A stretch of 64,000 nt of DNA from Candidatus Sulfomarinibacteraceae bacterium (GCA_963796455.1 CAWCLO010000005.1:128001-192000), one strand, 5' to 3'. Counted from the first letter of the stretch, positions 29,023-39,203 are shown. A program made the numbers and translations. Notes: generated by a model from the sequence alone, not told the origin.

Positions 29023-29068
29023 TCTCCCTTTCTCCCTTTCTCCCCTTCTCCCTTTCTCCCTTTCCCCT
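29023..29068. repeat. Octamer tandem repeat TCTCCCTT-type x5.5
   Basis: Reverse complement AAGGGAGA matches 28428-28454. Confidence 0.88.
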
Positions 29069-29134
29069 ACCGGGAGCATCCGTGCGGAGGGAACTAAATT
29101 CCTCACCCATGCGTAATGAAGAATGGAGGACGAG

Positions 29135-29344
29135 ATGTGGACCTTTATTCTGTGGTTGATTCTGCTGGTGGTGTGTTGGCCGCTGGCCTTTCTGGCCCTG
29201 GTGCTCTATCCGATCGTGTGGCTTCTGACACTGCCGTTTCGCCTGATCGGGATCACGGTGGATGCGGTCTTCAAGCTGCTCCACTCGATTCTCACGCTGC
29301 CTGCACGGGTTCTTCGAGGACCAACCGCGGCAAGCGCCGGGTGA
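29135..29344 (+). CDS. Small hydrophobic membrane protein
   Basis: RBS GGAGG; WLILLVVCWPLA..ALVLYP.VWL..LPFRL.GI. Confidence 0.7.
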   Translation: MWTFILWLILLVVCWPLAFLALVLYPIVWLLTLPFRLIGITVDAVFKLLHSILTLPARVLRGPTAASAG

Positions 29345-29390
29345 GTTCAAAAGTTTGGAGGGGAGGGGATTATCCCCTCCCTTGCATCTT

Positions 29391-29777
29391 TCAGCCCTCT
29401 TCTGCAGGCTCTGGAGTTTTGAGCAGAAACGCGGCCAGCTTCTGCAGGTCTTCCTCTGCGAGGTCGGGATAGCCGAGCATCGCTATCGGGTACTGTTCGA
29501 CCATGTAAGACAGCCGTGGGTTGGATTCAACAAAAGCCTTGGGGTACTTGAGGTACTCGACCAGGGTGTCCTGCTGCCAGCGTTCGGCCAGGGTGTCGAG
29601 CGGTGGCCCGGAGCGCTGTCCTTCCCCCTCGGGGCCGTGACATTTCGCGCACCCGAGATCGATATACATGGCCTCCGGAGTGCCGGGTTCGGGCCCGGAA
29701 GCTCCGCATGCGGCGAGAGTCAGAATTGATGCGGCGGCGACGGCGAAGGACGCATAGACACAGCGGGTGGCGTTCAT
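29391..29777 (-). CDS. Monoheme cytochrome c lipoprotein
   Basis: Lipobox LAAC, GCAKCH, GPPL, distal Met (AMLGY); RBS GAGGAG. Confidence 0.8.
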   Translation of the reverse strand: MNATRCVYASFAVAAASILTLAACGASGPEPGTPEAMYIDLGCAKCHGPEGEGQRSGPPLDTLAERWQQDTLVEYLKYPKAFVESNPRLSYMVEQYPIAMLGYPDLAEEDLQKLAAFLLKTPEPAEEG

Positions 29778-29803
29778 GATGACTCCTCGTACAGGCAAGA
29801 TTT

Positions 29804-30139
29804 TCAGTCGCCCACCAGGTGGTCGACTTTTGCGGAGCAGATGAAGTCGTTCTTGGAGATCCCGCCGATGGAGTGGGTGCAGTATCGGATGGCACAGGAG
29901 TTGTAGCCCACCGTCATCTCCGGGTGATGGTCCTCGCGGTGTGAGATCCACGACACCGCGTTGACAAAGGCCATCGTTTGGTAGTGGTCCTCGAATTGAA
30001 AGGTCTTGGTGAGTTCTCCCTCGGCCACCTTCCAGCCCTCCGCGTGACTCAGCATGTGCTCGAGGTCATGACCGGTGAGGGGAGGCGTATCCGGCGACAG
30101 CGATTTGCACGCCATCATCAACAGTTCGTTGTCACACAT
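29804..30139 (-). CDS. phhB: Pterin-4-alpha-carbinolamine dehydratase
   Basis: F.F......FVN......EDHHP, THSIGGISKNDFICSAK. Confidence 0.9.
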   Translation of the reverse strand: MCDNELLMMACKSLSPDTPPLTGHDLEHMLSHAEGWKVAEGELTKTFQFEDHYQTMAFVNAVSWISHREDHHPEMTVGYNSCAIRYCTHSIGGISKNDFICSAKVDHLVGD

Positions 30140-30177
30140 ATTGAATCCTCCGGCCGCATGATAACCGATTCCGGGGC

Positions 30178-30212
30178 TTGCGTTCTGAAAAAGTTTAGGC
30201 TAGCCTAACTTT
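30178..30212 (+). promoter_or_regulatory. Promoter with DtxR/MntR operator
   Basis: Perfect palindrome TTAGGCTAGCCTAA (30195-30208) overlapping -10 TAGCCT; -35 TTGCGT 17 bp upstream. Confidence 0.85.
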
Positions 30213-30215
30213 ATT

Positions 30216-30905
30216 GTGATGCAACTCGAAACCACCCGCCCGGACCTCTCAGAGTCGCAGGAAGACTATCTCAAACAGATCCTGTTGCTGGAGGAAAAAG
30301 AAGCCAAGGTGAGCACCAAGGCTCTGGCCGGTCGACTCAAGGTTCGGCCGGCTTCGGTGACCGAAATGGTGGGGCGTCTGGCGCAGCTCGGTCTGGTCGA
30401 GCACGCGCCGTATCGGGGGTCACGCCTCACCGAAGCCGGCCGAAAAGTGGCCTTGGAGTTGTTGCGGCACCACCGCCTGCTCGAAACCTATCTGGTGGAG
30501 TTCCTGGGCTATACCTGGGACCAGGTCCACGAGGAGGCGGAGCGGCTCGAACACGTGATCTCGGAACGATTTGAAAAGCGGATTGCAGCCGCGCTCGGCC
30601 ACCCGACCCACGATCCCCACGGTGACCCCATACCGGATGAAGATCTTCAGATGCCTTCTTCAGGCCGCCCGATTCAATTGTCGGAGCTCGCGGTCGGCGC
30701 CGGTGGAACCCTCATCCGGGTGACGGCTCAAGACGGCGAGGCACTCGACCGCTTCGGGCGGCTCGGTCTGGGTCCGGGATCGAGGATCGAAGTGCTGGCA
30801 TACGACGATTCCGAGCTGCGCCTCATTTGTGACGACAAGACAATGGTTTTGAGCCAGGAACTGGCTCGCAAACTGTGGATCGAGGGAGAGAACAAATGCG
30901 AATAA
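30216..30905 (+). CDS. mntR: DtxR/MntR family metal-dependent repressor with FeoA-like domain
   Basis: SQEDYLK, SVTEMV, RHHRLLE.YL, HEEAERLEH, DPHGDPIP. Confidence 0.9.
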   Translation: MMQLETTRPDLSESQEDYLKQILLLEEKEAKVSTKALAGRLKVRPASVTEMVGRLAQLGLVEHAPYRGSRLTEAGRKVALELLRHHRLLETYLVEFLGYTWDQVHEEAERLEHVISERFEKRIAAALGHPTHDPHGDPIPDEDLQMPSSGRPIQLSELAVGAGGTLIRVTAQDGEALDRFGRLGLGPGSRIEVLAYDDSELRLICDDKTMVLSQELARKLWIEGENKCE

Positions 30906-31843
30906 AAACACTGGCTGCGGCAATCGCAGCCGCGATTCTCATCGTTGGGTGCGGTGCCGGCGAAAAGCCAGGAGATCAGGATAGAAAGCTCAGAATTGTC
31001 GCGACCACGACGATTGTCGGAGATCTCGTAGGGGTGGTGGGCGGCGAAGATGTGGAAGTGGACGTTCTGATGGGACCGGGGATCGATCCCCACCTCTACA
31101 AGGCATCTGCCGGCGATGTCCGGCGGATGAGCGGCGCCAAGGCCATCATTTACAACGGTCTCCACCTGGAAGGCAAGATGAGCGAGATCCTCGCGGAGAT
31201 CGGCGAGCGAGGAGTGACCACGTTGGCTGTCGCGGAGTGCCTTCCCGAAGAAGATCTTCTGGAACTCACTGGATTTCAAGACCTCCATGATCCACACGTC
31301 TGGTTTGATGTCGGTTTGTGGTCGGGTACGGTGGATTGTCTTGCGGAGGCTCTGATCGAACTCGATCCGGAGGCGGCCGCCGGCTACCGCGATCGCGCCG
31401 GCGCGTTCAAAGAGGAACTCGCTTCCCTTGACGCCTGGGTCGAACAGCGAACCGCAGGGCTCGAAGCCGAACGACGGGTGCTGGTGACCGCACACGATGC
31501 GTTTTCATACTTCGCCCGCGCCTATGGTTTCGAAGTCCGGGGTCTCCTGGGTGTCAGTACCGCCGCCGAGGCCGGAACCTCGGATGTGAAGGATCTGGCC
31601 GCCTATATCGTGGATCGGAAAATCCCAGCGATCTTTGTCGAGACTTCGGTCTCGCCCCGTTATGTCGAAGCCTTGCAGGAGGCGGTTGCCGCCCGCGGTT
31701 TTGATGTGGTCATCGGTGGGACCCTGTACTCCGACTCTCTCGGGGACCGCAATTCACCTGCGGGTTCCTACGCGGGGACTGTTCGTGCCAACGTCGAGAC
31801 CATCATCGGAGCGCTCGAGGTGGTGGAGGGGACGGGGCAATGA
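30896..31843 (+). CDS. troA: Mn/Zn/Fe ABC transporter substrate-binding lipoprotein (TroA/MntA)
   Basis: Lipobox IVGC, DPHLYK, NGLHLE, DPHVWFD, HDAF.YF, LYSDS. Confidence 0.9.
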   Translation: MRIKTLAAAIAAAILIVGCGAGEKPGDQDRKLRIVATTTIVGDLVGVVGGEDVEVDVLMGPGIDPHLYKASAGDVRRMSGAKAIIYNGLHLEGKMSEILAEIGERGVTTLAVAECLPEEDLLELTGFQDLHDPHVWFDVGLWSGTVDCLAEALIELDPEAAAGYRDRAGAFKEELASLDAWVEQRTAGLEAERRVLVTAHDAFSYFARAYGFEVRGLLGVSTAAEAGTSDVKDLAAYIVDRKIPAIFVETSVSPRYVEALQEAVAARGFDVVIGGTLYSDSLGDRNSPAGSYAGTVRANVETIIGALEVVEGTGQ

Positions 31844-32635
31844 AGGTTTCGAGATCTCTTGTTGTTGTCACGCTTGCGGTCTGGGTTTTAGTGACGGGCT
31901 GGACCCACGAGGTGACGGCCAAGGAGCCGTTGGTGACCGATCGGCCTGATTTCACCGAAAGCTCGAGTTCGGTCGGAGCGGGTGTGATTCAGCTTGAAGC
32001 AGGGACGACCTACTTCGAGACTTCGGGTGGTTCGGATGTGTGGACCCTTGGCGAAGGTCCTTGTCCGCTGGGGTGTCATTGAAAAGCTGGAACTGCGATT
32101 TGTGCTTCCGACCTATTCATGGGAACGCGGAGGCGGTGATTCGAGTTCGGGTTTCCTTGGTACTTCTGTCGGTTTCAAGTACGACCTCAAAGAGGGCACG
32201 GGCAGTGGTTTCATCGGCGGGATGGAGGCTGCCGTCATCGCCTCGACAACCGTTCCGACCGGAACCGCGGACTATTCGAGCTCGGCCTGGCAACCGTCTG
32301 CCGTGGCCTCGGCTTCCTGGGAACTGGGTCCATCGGTCGGTCTCGGAGCCAACCTCGGTCTCGGCAGGCCATCCAACGGTGAGGAACGATTCACCAGCCT
32401 CTGGTTGAGTGCCGCTCTGGGCGTCGGTATCACCGACACGACGTCGGTTTTCTTCGAGCTCTTCGGTTTTGATCGCGAAGAAGACAGGGGCCCGAACACT
32501 CTGACCTTTCAGACCGGCGTCGTCTATTTATTGAGCCCTGATCTCCAGCTCGATCTGCGGGCGGCGCGGCGGCTGAGCGGCGAGGGAGTCAATGTTCTGA
32601 TTGGTGCCGGAGTCTCATGGAGACTTGGAGGATGA
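31840..32635 (+). pseudogene. Outer-membrane beta-barrel 'transporter' (TDRP-type), split by a +1 frameshift
   Basis: ORF 31840-32082 (signal, LVTDRPDFTES..V..G..QLEAG) joins ORF ending 32635 (LQLD, GVSWRL) if one G at 32056-32057 is removed. Confidence 0.75.
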
Positions 32636-32637
32636 TC

Positions 32638-33399
32638 ATGTCCGAGCCCGAAAACCAGTGGGCGCTGGAGGTCGAAGATCTCACCGTGGCCTACGCCGAA
32701 CAACCGGTTTTGTGGGATGTTGATCTCCAAGTTCCGGCCGGAATCAAGATGGCAATTGTCGGACCGAACGGAGCCGGGAAGAGCACGTTGGTCAAGGCCG
32801 CGATGGGCCTGGTGCAGCCGGTGGCTGGCGAAGTTCGGGTCTTTGGCCGGCCATTCGACAGGGCGCGCGGCGAGATCGCCTACGTGCCGCAACGATCGAC
32901 TCTTTCATGGGACTTTCCGACCGACGTTCTCGATGTCGTCACCATGGGCACCTACGGCAGCCTGGGGTGGATTCGGAGAGTCGGTGCAGCACAGAAACGT
33001 GATGCAGAGTCCGCTCTCGAGAAGGTGGGCATGACCTCGTTCATGCGGCGGCCGATCGCCGAACTCTCCGGCGGCCAACAGCAACGGGTGTTGCTCGGAA
33101 GGGCTCTCGCTCAGGATGCGCCGATCTATATCCTCGACGAACCATTCCAGGGGGTCGATGCGCCGACGGAGCGAGCCATCATCGGTGTCCTCAACCAACT
33201 CGCGAAGGACGGCAAGACAATTCTCGTGGTCCACCATGATCTCCAGACGGTGCCGGAGTACTTCGACTGGGTGCTTTTGCTCAACGTCCGTGCTTTCGAT
33301 TTCGGACCGGTGGAGGAGGTCTTCACCGAGGCGAATCTGCGCCTCACCTTTGGCGGACGGGTCGGTGTGCTCGCGGATCAAGAGGTGGGTAAAAGCTGA
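32638..33399 (+). CDS. troB: Metal ABC transporter ATPase (TroB/MntB)
   Basis: [34 protein letters not shown]. Confidence 0.92.
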   Translation: MSEPENQWALEVEDLTVAYAEQPVLWDVDLQVPAGIKMAIVGPNGAGKSTLVKAAMGLVQPVAGEVRVFGRPFDRARGEIAYVPQRSTLSWDFPTDVLDVVTMGTYGSLGWIRRVGAAQKRDAESALEKVGMTSFMRRPIAELSGGQQQRVLLGRALAQDAPIYILDEPFQGVDAPTERAIIGVLNQLAKDGKTILVVHHDLQTVPEYFDWVLLLNVRAFDFGPVEEVFTEANLRLTFGGRVGVLADQEVGKS

Positions 33400-34520
33400 T
33401 GGATCTCTTCGCGGACTATACCTTGCGACTGGTGGCAGTCGGGTCTGCTGTCCTTGGGGCGACCAGCGGTGTGCTCGGTTCCTTTGCTTATCTCCGCCGT
33501 CAGAGTCTGTTGGGAGATGCCGTCAGTCATGCGGCCTTGCCCGGGATCGCGCTGGCCTTCATGCTGACCGGCTCCAAGGCGCCGCTTGTTCTGATGCTCG
33601 GGGCGGCTCTTGCCGGTTGGTTGGGAACCCTCGTGATGCGCGGGATCGTCGCCCGGTCGCGGGTTCCATTCGATAGTGCTCTCGGTATCGTGCTCGCGGT
33701 GTTCTTCGGTCTCGGCCTCGTCCTGTTGACGGCGATTCAAAAACAACCGAATGCCGCCCAGGCCGGGCTCGACAGCTTTCTTTTCGGGCAGGCGGCCTCG
33801 TTGTTGCGACGCGATGTGATCACAATGAGCGTGCTCGGTTTTCTGGCCCTGCTTTTTGTGGCGGCATTGTGGAAAGAATTCAAGGTCCTCAGCTTCGATC
33901 CCGATTTTGCCGCCAGCATCGGCCTGCCGGTACGGAGGCTCGACGGTCTGTTAACCCTGTTGCTGGTCGTCGCCATCGTCATCGGTTTGCAGACGGTGGG
34001 GGTGGTTCTGATGAGCGCCATGATCGTCGCCCCGGCTGCGGCGGCGCGGCAATGGAGTCGCCGCCTCGCGCCGATGGCCTTGATCGCGGCCTCGATTGGA
34101 GTGTTCGCCGGGGTTGCGGGGTCGATCGCGAGCTCGGTGGTTCCTCGCCTGCCGACCGGACCGACCATCGTCCTCATTCTCAGTGCGGTGGTCCTGATTT
34201 CGCTTTTTTTGGCTCCGCAACGAGGCCTCTTGTGGCGGTGGGTGCGCCTCGGCCACCTCCGTCGTGCGCCCGACATCGACCCGGTTTTGATCCATCTCTA
34301 TGCGCTTTCCCTGCACCACCTCGATGATCCCGAACACGGGCACTCGATCGCCGTCCTGCAGACCATGAGTCCGGTTGAGGTCGATGTCCGGTCGGCGCTC
34401 GACAGGCTGGCCAATCGAGGCCTGGTGCGACAGGCCGCCGATGGTTTGTGGGCGCCGACCGAAATCGGCCGTCATCACGCGGCGAAGATCGTCGATCAGG
34501 AATCGGGGGGGTTCTCATGA
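33399..34520 (+). CDS. troC: Metal ABC permease (TroC/MntC) with C-terminal winged-helix-like extension
   Basis: LLGDAVSHAALPG, FLFGQAA, GVVLMSAM..APAAAARQW; soluble C-terminal tail. Confidence 0.88.
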   Translation: MDLFADYTLRLVAVGSAVLGATSGVLGSFAYLRRQSLLGDAVSHAALPGIALAFMLTGSKAPLVLMLGAALAGWLGTLVMRGIVARSRVPFDSALGIVLAVFFGLGLVLLTAIQKQPNAAQAGLDSFLFGQAASLLRRDVITMSVLGFLALLFVAALWKEFKVLSFDPDFAASIGLPVRRLDGLLTLLLVVAIVIGLQTVGVVLMSAMIVAPAAAARQWSRRLAPMALIAASIGVFAGVAGSIASSVVPRLPTGPTIVLILSAVVLISLFLAPQRGLLWRWVRLGHLRRAPDIDPVLIHLYALSLHHLDDPEHGHSIAVLQTMSPVEVDVRSALDRLANRGLVRQAADGLWAPTEIGRHHAAKIVDQESGGFS

Positions 34521-35638
34521 GCCCTGAATTCGAAATCGTCCTGATCGCGGTGGTGACCGCTGTCGCCGCTTCACTGCCGGGCACCTATCTGGTGCTGCGG
34601 AGAACGGCGCTTGTCTCTGATGCTATCTCGCACGCGATTCTTCCAGGAATCGTCGTTGCATTCCTGGTGACCCGTGACCTCAACTCGCCGTTTCTGCTGT
34701 TGGCGGCGGCGGCGACCGGGGTCCTGACCGTCTTTCTGATCGAGAGCCTGTTGAAATCGCGGCTGGTGCCGGAGGACGCATCCATCGGTCTCGTCTTTCC
34801 CGTTCTGTTTTCGATCGGGGTGATCCTGATTTCCCGCTGGGCGGGCGACGTCCATCTCGACACCGACGCGGTCCTGCTCGGTGAACTCGCCTTTGCTCCC
34901 TTTGATCGGATGATCATCGGCGGCGCTGACCTCGGTCCCAGGGCACTGTGGACAATGGGCGTGATCCTGATCCTCAATCTGATGCTCATCGGCCTCGCGT
35001 GGAAAGAGCTCAAGCTGGCGACGGTGGATCCCGGGTTGGCCGCACTGCTTGGGTTTTCTCCGGTTGTGGTGCACTACTCGTTGATGGCAGCGGTTTCAAT
35101 GACCGCGGTCGGGGCCTTTGACGCGGTCGGTTCGATTCTGGTTGTGGCGCTGATGATCGCGCCCCCAGCGACCGCCTACCTGCTGGTGGATCGATTCAAA
35201 CCCATGTTGTGGATCGGTGCCGGTGTGGCGGCGGCCAGTGCGGTGCTCGGCTTTGCCGCGGCCTTTGTCCTGGATGTGTCCATTGCCGGGTCCATGGCGG
35301 TGGCGAGCGGTTTGCTCTTTGGACTGGCTTTCGCTCTGGCACCGCGCCGCGGACTCCTGGCCCAGACGCGACGACGCAGTTCGCAACGCCTCGAACTCGG
35401 TCTCCGCATGTTGGTTGTCCACCTCATGCACCATCAGGAGACGGCTGCGGAAGCCGAAGAATGTCGGGTCCCCGGGCTCCACCGTCATCTTCGGTGGTCC
35501 GAGGCCCGAACCCGCCAGGTTGTCCGGGAGGCCCTGAACCGTTCTTTGGTGAGGCGATCCGGTGAGCTTTTGCGCGCGACCGGCGAAGGGCGTTTTCTAG
35601 CCGATGCAGCCGTGGTGGGTGAGACCGGCGACTCCTAG
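34517..35638 (+). CDS. troD: Metal ABC permease (TroD/MntD) with C-terminal winged-helix-like extension
   Basis: [35 protein letters not shown]; tail ending L.ATGEGR. Confidence 0.88.
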   Translation: MSPEFEIVLIAVVTAVAASLPGTYLVLRRTALVSDAISHAILPGIVVAFLVTRDLNSPFLLLAAAATGVLTVFLIESLLKSRLVPEDASIGLVFPVLFSIGVILISRWAGDVHLDTDAVLLGELAFAPFDRMIIGGADLGPRALWTMGVILILNLMLIGLAWKELKLATVDPGLAALLGFSPVVVHYSLMAAVSMTAVGAFDAVGSILVVALMIAPPATAYLLVDRFKPMLWIGAGVAAASAVLGFAAAFVLDVSIAGSMAVASGLLFGLAFALAPRRGLLAQTRRRSSQRLELGLRMLVVHLMHHQETAAEAEECRVPGLHRHLRWSEARTRQVVREALNRSLVRRSGELLRATGEGRFLADAAVVGETGDS

Positions 35639-35726
35639 TGAGCGCATGCGGATGAGGCGGGGCGAGTGCCTCACCCGGTGGCCGAAAGTCACTCAATCGC
35701 GGTACAATAGCCTTTCTGGAGGGCCC

Positions 35727-36200
35727 ATGAAGGTTCTTGAAGGACATCTCGACGCAGAGGGTCTGCACTTTGCCCTCGTGGTGAGTCGATTCAACGAGGC
35801 ACTCACCTCACGTCTCGAGTCCGGGGCAGTGGATTGCCTCGTGCGGCACGGGGCCATGGAAGACGACATCACGATCGTCCGGGTGCCGGGTGCATGGGAG
35901 ATCCCGATGGTCGCGGCACAGCTCGCCCGTGGCGGCAATTTTGAGGCCATTATCAGCGTTGGCGCGTTGGTGCGCGGAGGCACGGCTCACTTCGAGCTCA
36001 TCGCTGCCGAGGTCGCCAAAGGTCTGGCGCAGGCCTCCATGAGCACCGGCGTGCCGATGACCTTTGGTGTCATCACCGCCGAGACGCTCGAGCAGGCCGT
36101 GGAGCGCGCCGGCACCAAAATGGGCAACAAGGGCTGGGAAGCGGCGCTGGCCGCCATCGAGATGGCTCGACTCAAAGTCGAGCTGGACAGGGGAAAATAG
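35727..36200 (+). CDS. ribH: 6,7-dimethyl-8-ribityllumazine synthase
   Basis: [42 protein letters not shown]. Confidence 0.96.
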   Translation: MKVLEGHLDAEGLHFALVVSRFNEALTSRLESGAVDCLVRHGAMEDDITIVRVPGAWEIPMVAAQLARGGNFEAIISVGALVRGGTAHFELIAAEVAKGLAQASMSTGVPMTFGVITAETLEQAVERAGTKMGNKGWEAALAAIEMARLKVELDRGK

Positions 36201-36247
36201 TGGATCAGTCGGTCGCTTCGTTATCCCTCGAAGAGAGGGAGCCATAG

Positions 36248-36661
36248 ATGGGAACCCGACGGCGAGCTCGCGAGCTTGCGCTGCAGCTTCTTTATCAATC
36301 CGAGCTGACCGATTCTTCACCGGAAGAAATGCAGGCCGGTTTTGAAGAGTGGCGAAACTCAACCGAGATCGTGCAGGGATTTGCCGATGGGCTCCTCCGC
36401 GGAACCCTCGAATACCTCCCTGAAATCGATGAAGAACTCGTTCGCCAGACGACCCACTGGCGCCTCGAGAGGCTCGCGGCCGTCGATCGGAATATCCTTC
36501 GCCTCGCCATGTACGAGCTGATTTACGAAGAAGGGACCCCACACGCGGTGGTCATCGACGAGGCGATCGAGATTGCCAAAAAGTTCGGCGCCAAAGATTC
36601 GGGTCGTTTTGTCAACGGTGTGCTCGACGGATTCGTCAAGCGGAGAGCCAAGGCCGGATGA
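36248..36661 (+). CDS. nusB: Transcription antitermination factor NusB
   Basis: RRRARELALQLLY, W.LERL..VDRNILR, IDEAIEIAK, FVNGVLD. Confidence 0.96.
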   Translation: MGTRRRARELALQLLYQSELTDSSPEEMQAGFEEWRNSTEIVQGFADGLLRGTLEYLPEIDEELVRQTTHWRLERLAAVDRNILRLAMYELIYEEGTPHAVVIDEAIEIAKKFGAKDSGRFVNGVLDGFVKRRAKAG

Positions 36662-37635
36662 GATGCATCGCCTTCGCCGCGGGTCTGCTTCTCTCGGTTC
36701 TGTGCCTTGCCGAGGAGGCCGACTACATCGTGAGAGGCGGTGATCTCCCGGTGGCTGCGGCGAGCAACGGCTATCTCCAGGAAATTCGAACGCGGCCGGA
36801 TGGTGGTCTGGACGTGCACGTCGCAACGTCCCTTGCTCCCATCGGTGCTCGAGCCACTTATGCGGATATCGTAGCTCGTGGAGAGGCGGTGGCGCCGCTG
36901 GGTTTCGAGCTTCCTCCGCGATTGACGGCTGGTCTTCGTCCCGAGATGAGCGCCTGGGAAGCCGCGACCGCGATCATGGCCTGGACTGCGAATCGGGTCG
37001 CGGTCGACGTTCAAGATCGCGGCCCCCAGGATGCGGTATCGGTCCTTTCGAGGAAACGCGGCCGATGCTCAGGACTGGCCAACGCCACGGTCGCCCTTCT
37101 CAACGCAGCGGGCTATGAGGCCCGCACGGTCAGCGGTTTACTGGTGGGGGACCGGGAGACGATCGCCCATCGATGGATCGAATGTCGGCTTCCCGGAGCT
37201 GGTTGGGTTGCCAGTGACCCGACCCTCGGTTTGTGGGCAATGACTCCGCGCCACCTGGTGTTCGGCGACACCGTGACATCCATGCCCCAGGTTCAGATCC
37301 AGAAAGCCGGAGTAGACGGTCTCGATCGTCTGCCGAGCTATGAGGGACGATTCCTCAGACCGAACAACGGTGCGGAACTTGTCTGCAACATTCGCTTGAA
37401 TACGCCCGACCCGACGGCAGTGGCGGTTCTCAAAGGCGGCGGCAGCGAAGTGCGACGGGCACAATTCGACCCCGACGCCAGGTTCGCCGGTCTCCTGCCC
37501 GGTCTCTGGGTCTTGGAGGTCGTGGTCGGGGGTGTGGTGGTCGAACGGCGCGAGTTTGAACTCCGATCCGGAGATGTCAGGGTTTACACAGTCAAGGATC
37601 TGGGCGATCAGTCCGTCAGGGAATCGGAATCGTGA
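36658..37635 (+). CDS. Exported transglutaminase-like protein
   Basis: Signal peptide; Cys-His-Asp triad motifs GRCSGLA, HRWIE, W...DPT. Confidence 0.75.
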   Translation: MRCIAFAAGLLLSVLCLAEEADYIVRGGDLPVAAASNGYLQEIRTRPDGGLDVHVATSLAPIGARATYADIVARGEAVAPLGFELPPRLTAGLRPEMSAWEAATAIMAWTANRVAVDVQDRGPQDAVSVLSRKRGRCSGLANATVALLNAAGYEARTVSGLLVGDRETIAHRWIECRLPGAGWVASDPTLGLWAMTPRHLVFGDTVTSMPQVQIQKAGVDGLDRLPSYEGRFLRPNNGAELVCNIRLNTPDPTAVAVLKGGGSEVRRAQFDPDARFAGLLPGLWVLEVVVGGVVVERREFELRSGDVRVYTVKDLGDQSVRESES

Positions 37636-38951
37636 AAAGGGTTCTCTCCGGGAGTCTCGAGCACCTGTCGCCGACATCCTTGTTGCGGCTGGTCTCGGCC
37701 ACCTCTCCGAGCGGGAAACTCGAGCTCGATACGGCCGACGGATCGTTGCGCCTCGAAGTCGATCGGGGTCGCGTGAGAATGCCCTCGAAGGCCGAGCTGG
37801 AGATTGCCGGACGAATCCTCGGGTGTCGCCGCGGTGAGTTTCGCTTCACACCGGGGGATGTCGCGTCCTTTGCCGGAGAGGCTCTCAGTTTGACGGCCTT
37901 TGCCGAAGCGGCCGGTGGGGCGGCTTCAGATGTGGAGCTCGATCGTCTTCTGGCCGAGGAGTTGTTGGAAGTGGCGGGCCCGGAGAACCGGCCCAAGATC
38001 CACGTGTTGCCGATCGCACCCCCGGTGAACCCCCTCGATGATCTGGTCTCGGGCCTCGATGTGGGGGCTCCTGTGGAATTGAGCCACGCAGAGATCGGGG
38101 TGATGGCGCAAGACCCGAGGTGGTGGCGGGGTACGCTGGAACACGAATGGCAGCAACGGGGCTGGACGATTCGCCAGCTCAGTTTTGATGATGCAATCGA
38201 TCTCGCGGCGGTCGACGTGGTGGTGGTTCACCACCATGGATCCAGTGCCTGGGCCGGGCGAGAGGAGCAGTGGCTCGAAATGGTTGCTGCGGCAAACGAG
38301 TTGGAACCGCCGGTACCGGTGGTGTGGGTAACGCCAGTTGGTGATCCGGTCTGGGTACAACGGCTGATCAGGGCCGGAGTCGCGTTTCTGATTCCGGCAC
38401 ACCCGGCGGATTCCGGTGAGGCGGCAACTCAGTTCGCTGAGGTGGTGTCCCTGGTGGTCGAGCGGAATCTCCAGTCGCGAGCCGGTGCCGAGCACACAAT
38501 TCTGCCGTCGGGCGTTTCCGAACTCGTTGGTGCGTTATTGTCGGAACACGATCCGGACCAGGGAATTGCCTCCTTGTTGCAGCTTGCGGCCGAACACTTC
38601 ACCCGCGGTGCAGTCTTGATGGTCGAAGAATCGGCCTTCCGTTGCCGGGCGGGTTTTGAGTATCCTCTCGATCGGGACCGGACGACGTTGCCCCGTGGTA
38701 TCGATCTGCTCGAGCGGGTGATCGGGGAAGGTGAAGCGGTTATGTCCGTCGAGCCGGATTCGGACGACGGGCAGCAGCTGGCGGCGGTCATGGGAGTCGA
38801 CCGGTTGGTCCCCGAAACCGCACTGATTCCCCTGGGTCGAAGTGGCACGGTTGCGGGTGTGCTTGTGGCCGATCGACATGGGGAAGACCTCCCCGATCTT
38901 GCGGACCTGGTGCGTCTCGCGGGACGGCTTGGAGGCGCAGCGGTTTCCTGA
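37632..38951 (+). CDS. DUF4388/PatA-N-like domain protein with receiver-like and GAF-like regions
   Basis: N-terminal LSGSL..LS...LL.L......SG.L...GEFRF; C-terminal ALIPL......GVLVAD. Confidence 0.6.
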   Translation: MKRVLSGSLEHLSPTSLLRLVSATSPSGKLELDTADGSLRLEVDRGRVRMPSKAELEIAGRILGCRRGEFRFTPGDVASFAGEALSLTAFAEAAGGAASDVELDRLLAEELLEVAGPENRPKIHVLPIAPPVNPLDDLVSGLDVGAPVELSHAEIGVMAQDPRWWRGTLEHEWQQRGWTIRQLSFDDAIDLAAVDVVVVHHHGSSAWAGREEQWLEMVAAANELEPPVPVVWVTPVGDPVWVQRLIRAGVAFLIPAHPADSGEAATQFAEVVSLVVERNLQSRAGAEHTILPSGVSELVGALLSEHDPDQGIASLLQLAAEHFTRGAVLMVEESAFRCRAGFEYPLDRDRTTLPRGIDLLERVIGEGEAVMSVEPDSDDGQQLAAVMGVDRLVPETALIPLGRSGTVAGVLVADRHGEDLPDLADLVRLAGRLGGAAVS

Positions 38952-39053
38952 GACTGTTGTCGCGTTGTTCCCAAAATGTGCTGAATTCCACTTCAAAACG
39001 TGCGAATCATCACCAAAAGTGGCGGTTTTTTCCCGATCGGGGTGTTGCGTCGT

Positions 39054-39082
39054 TTGACACTCACTGATCCCGGACCTAAGCT
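39054..39082 (+). promoter_or_regulatory. Sigma70-type promoter
   Basis: TTGACA, 17 bp, TAAGCT, upstream of the 39204 gene. Confidence 0.6.
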
Positions 39083-39203
39083 TTCTCGTGAGTCTGTCTG
39101 GCGAGTGTACCGGAGGGCAGCTCGATTGCGCCAAGATCGAACACCAGGTCTGCCTGGGTATTTTCGATTTCTGGTCGATCGGGTGGAGGGTGGCAGAGAG
39201 GCA

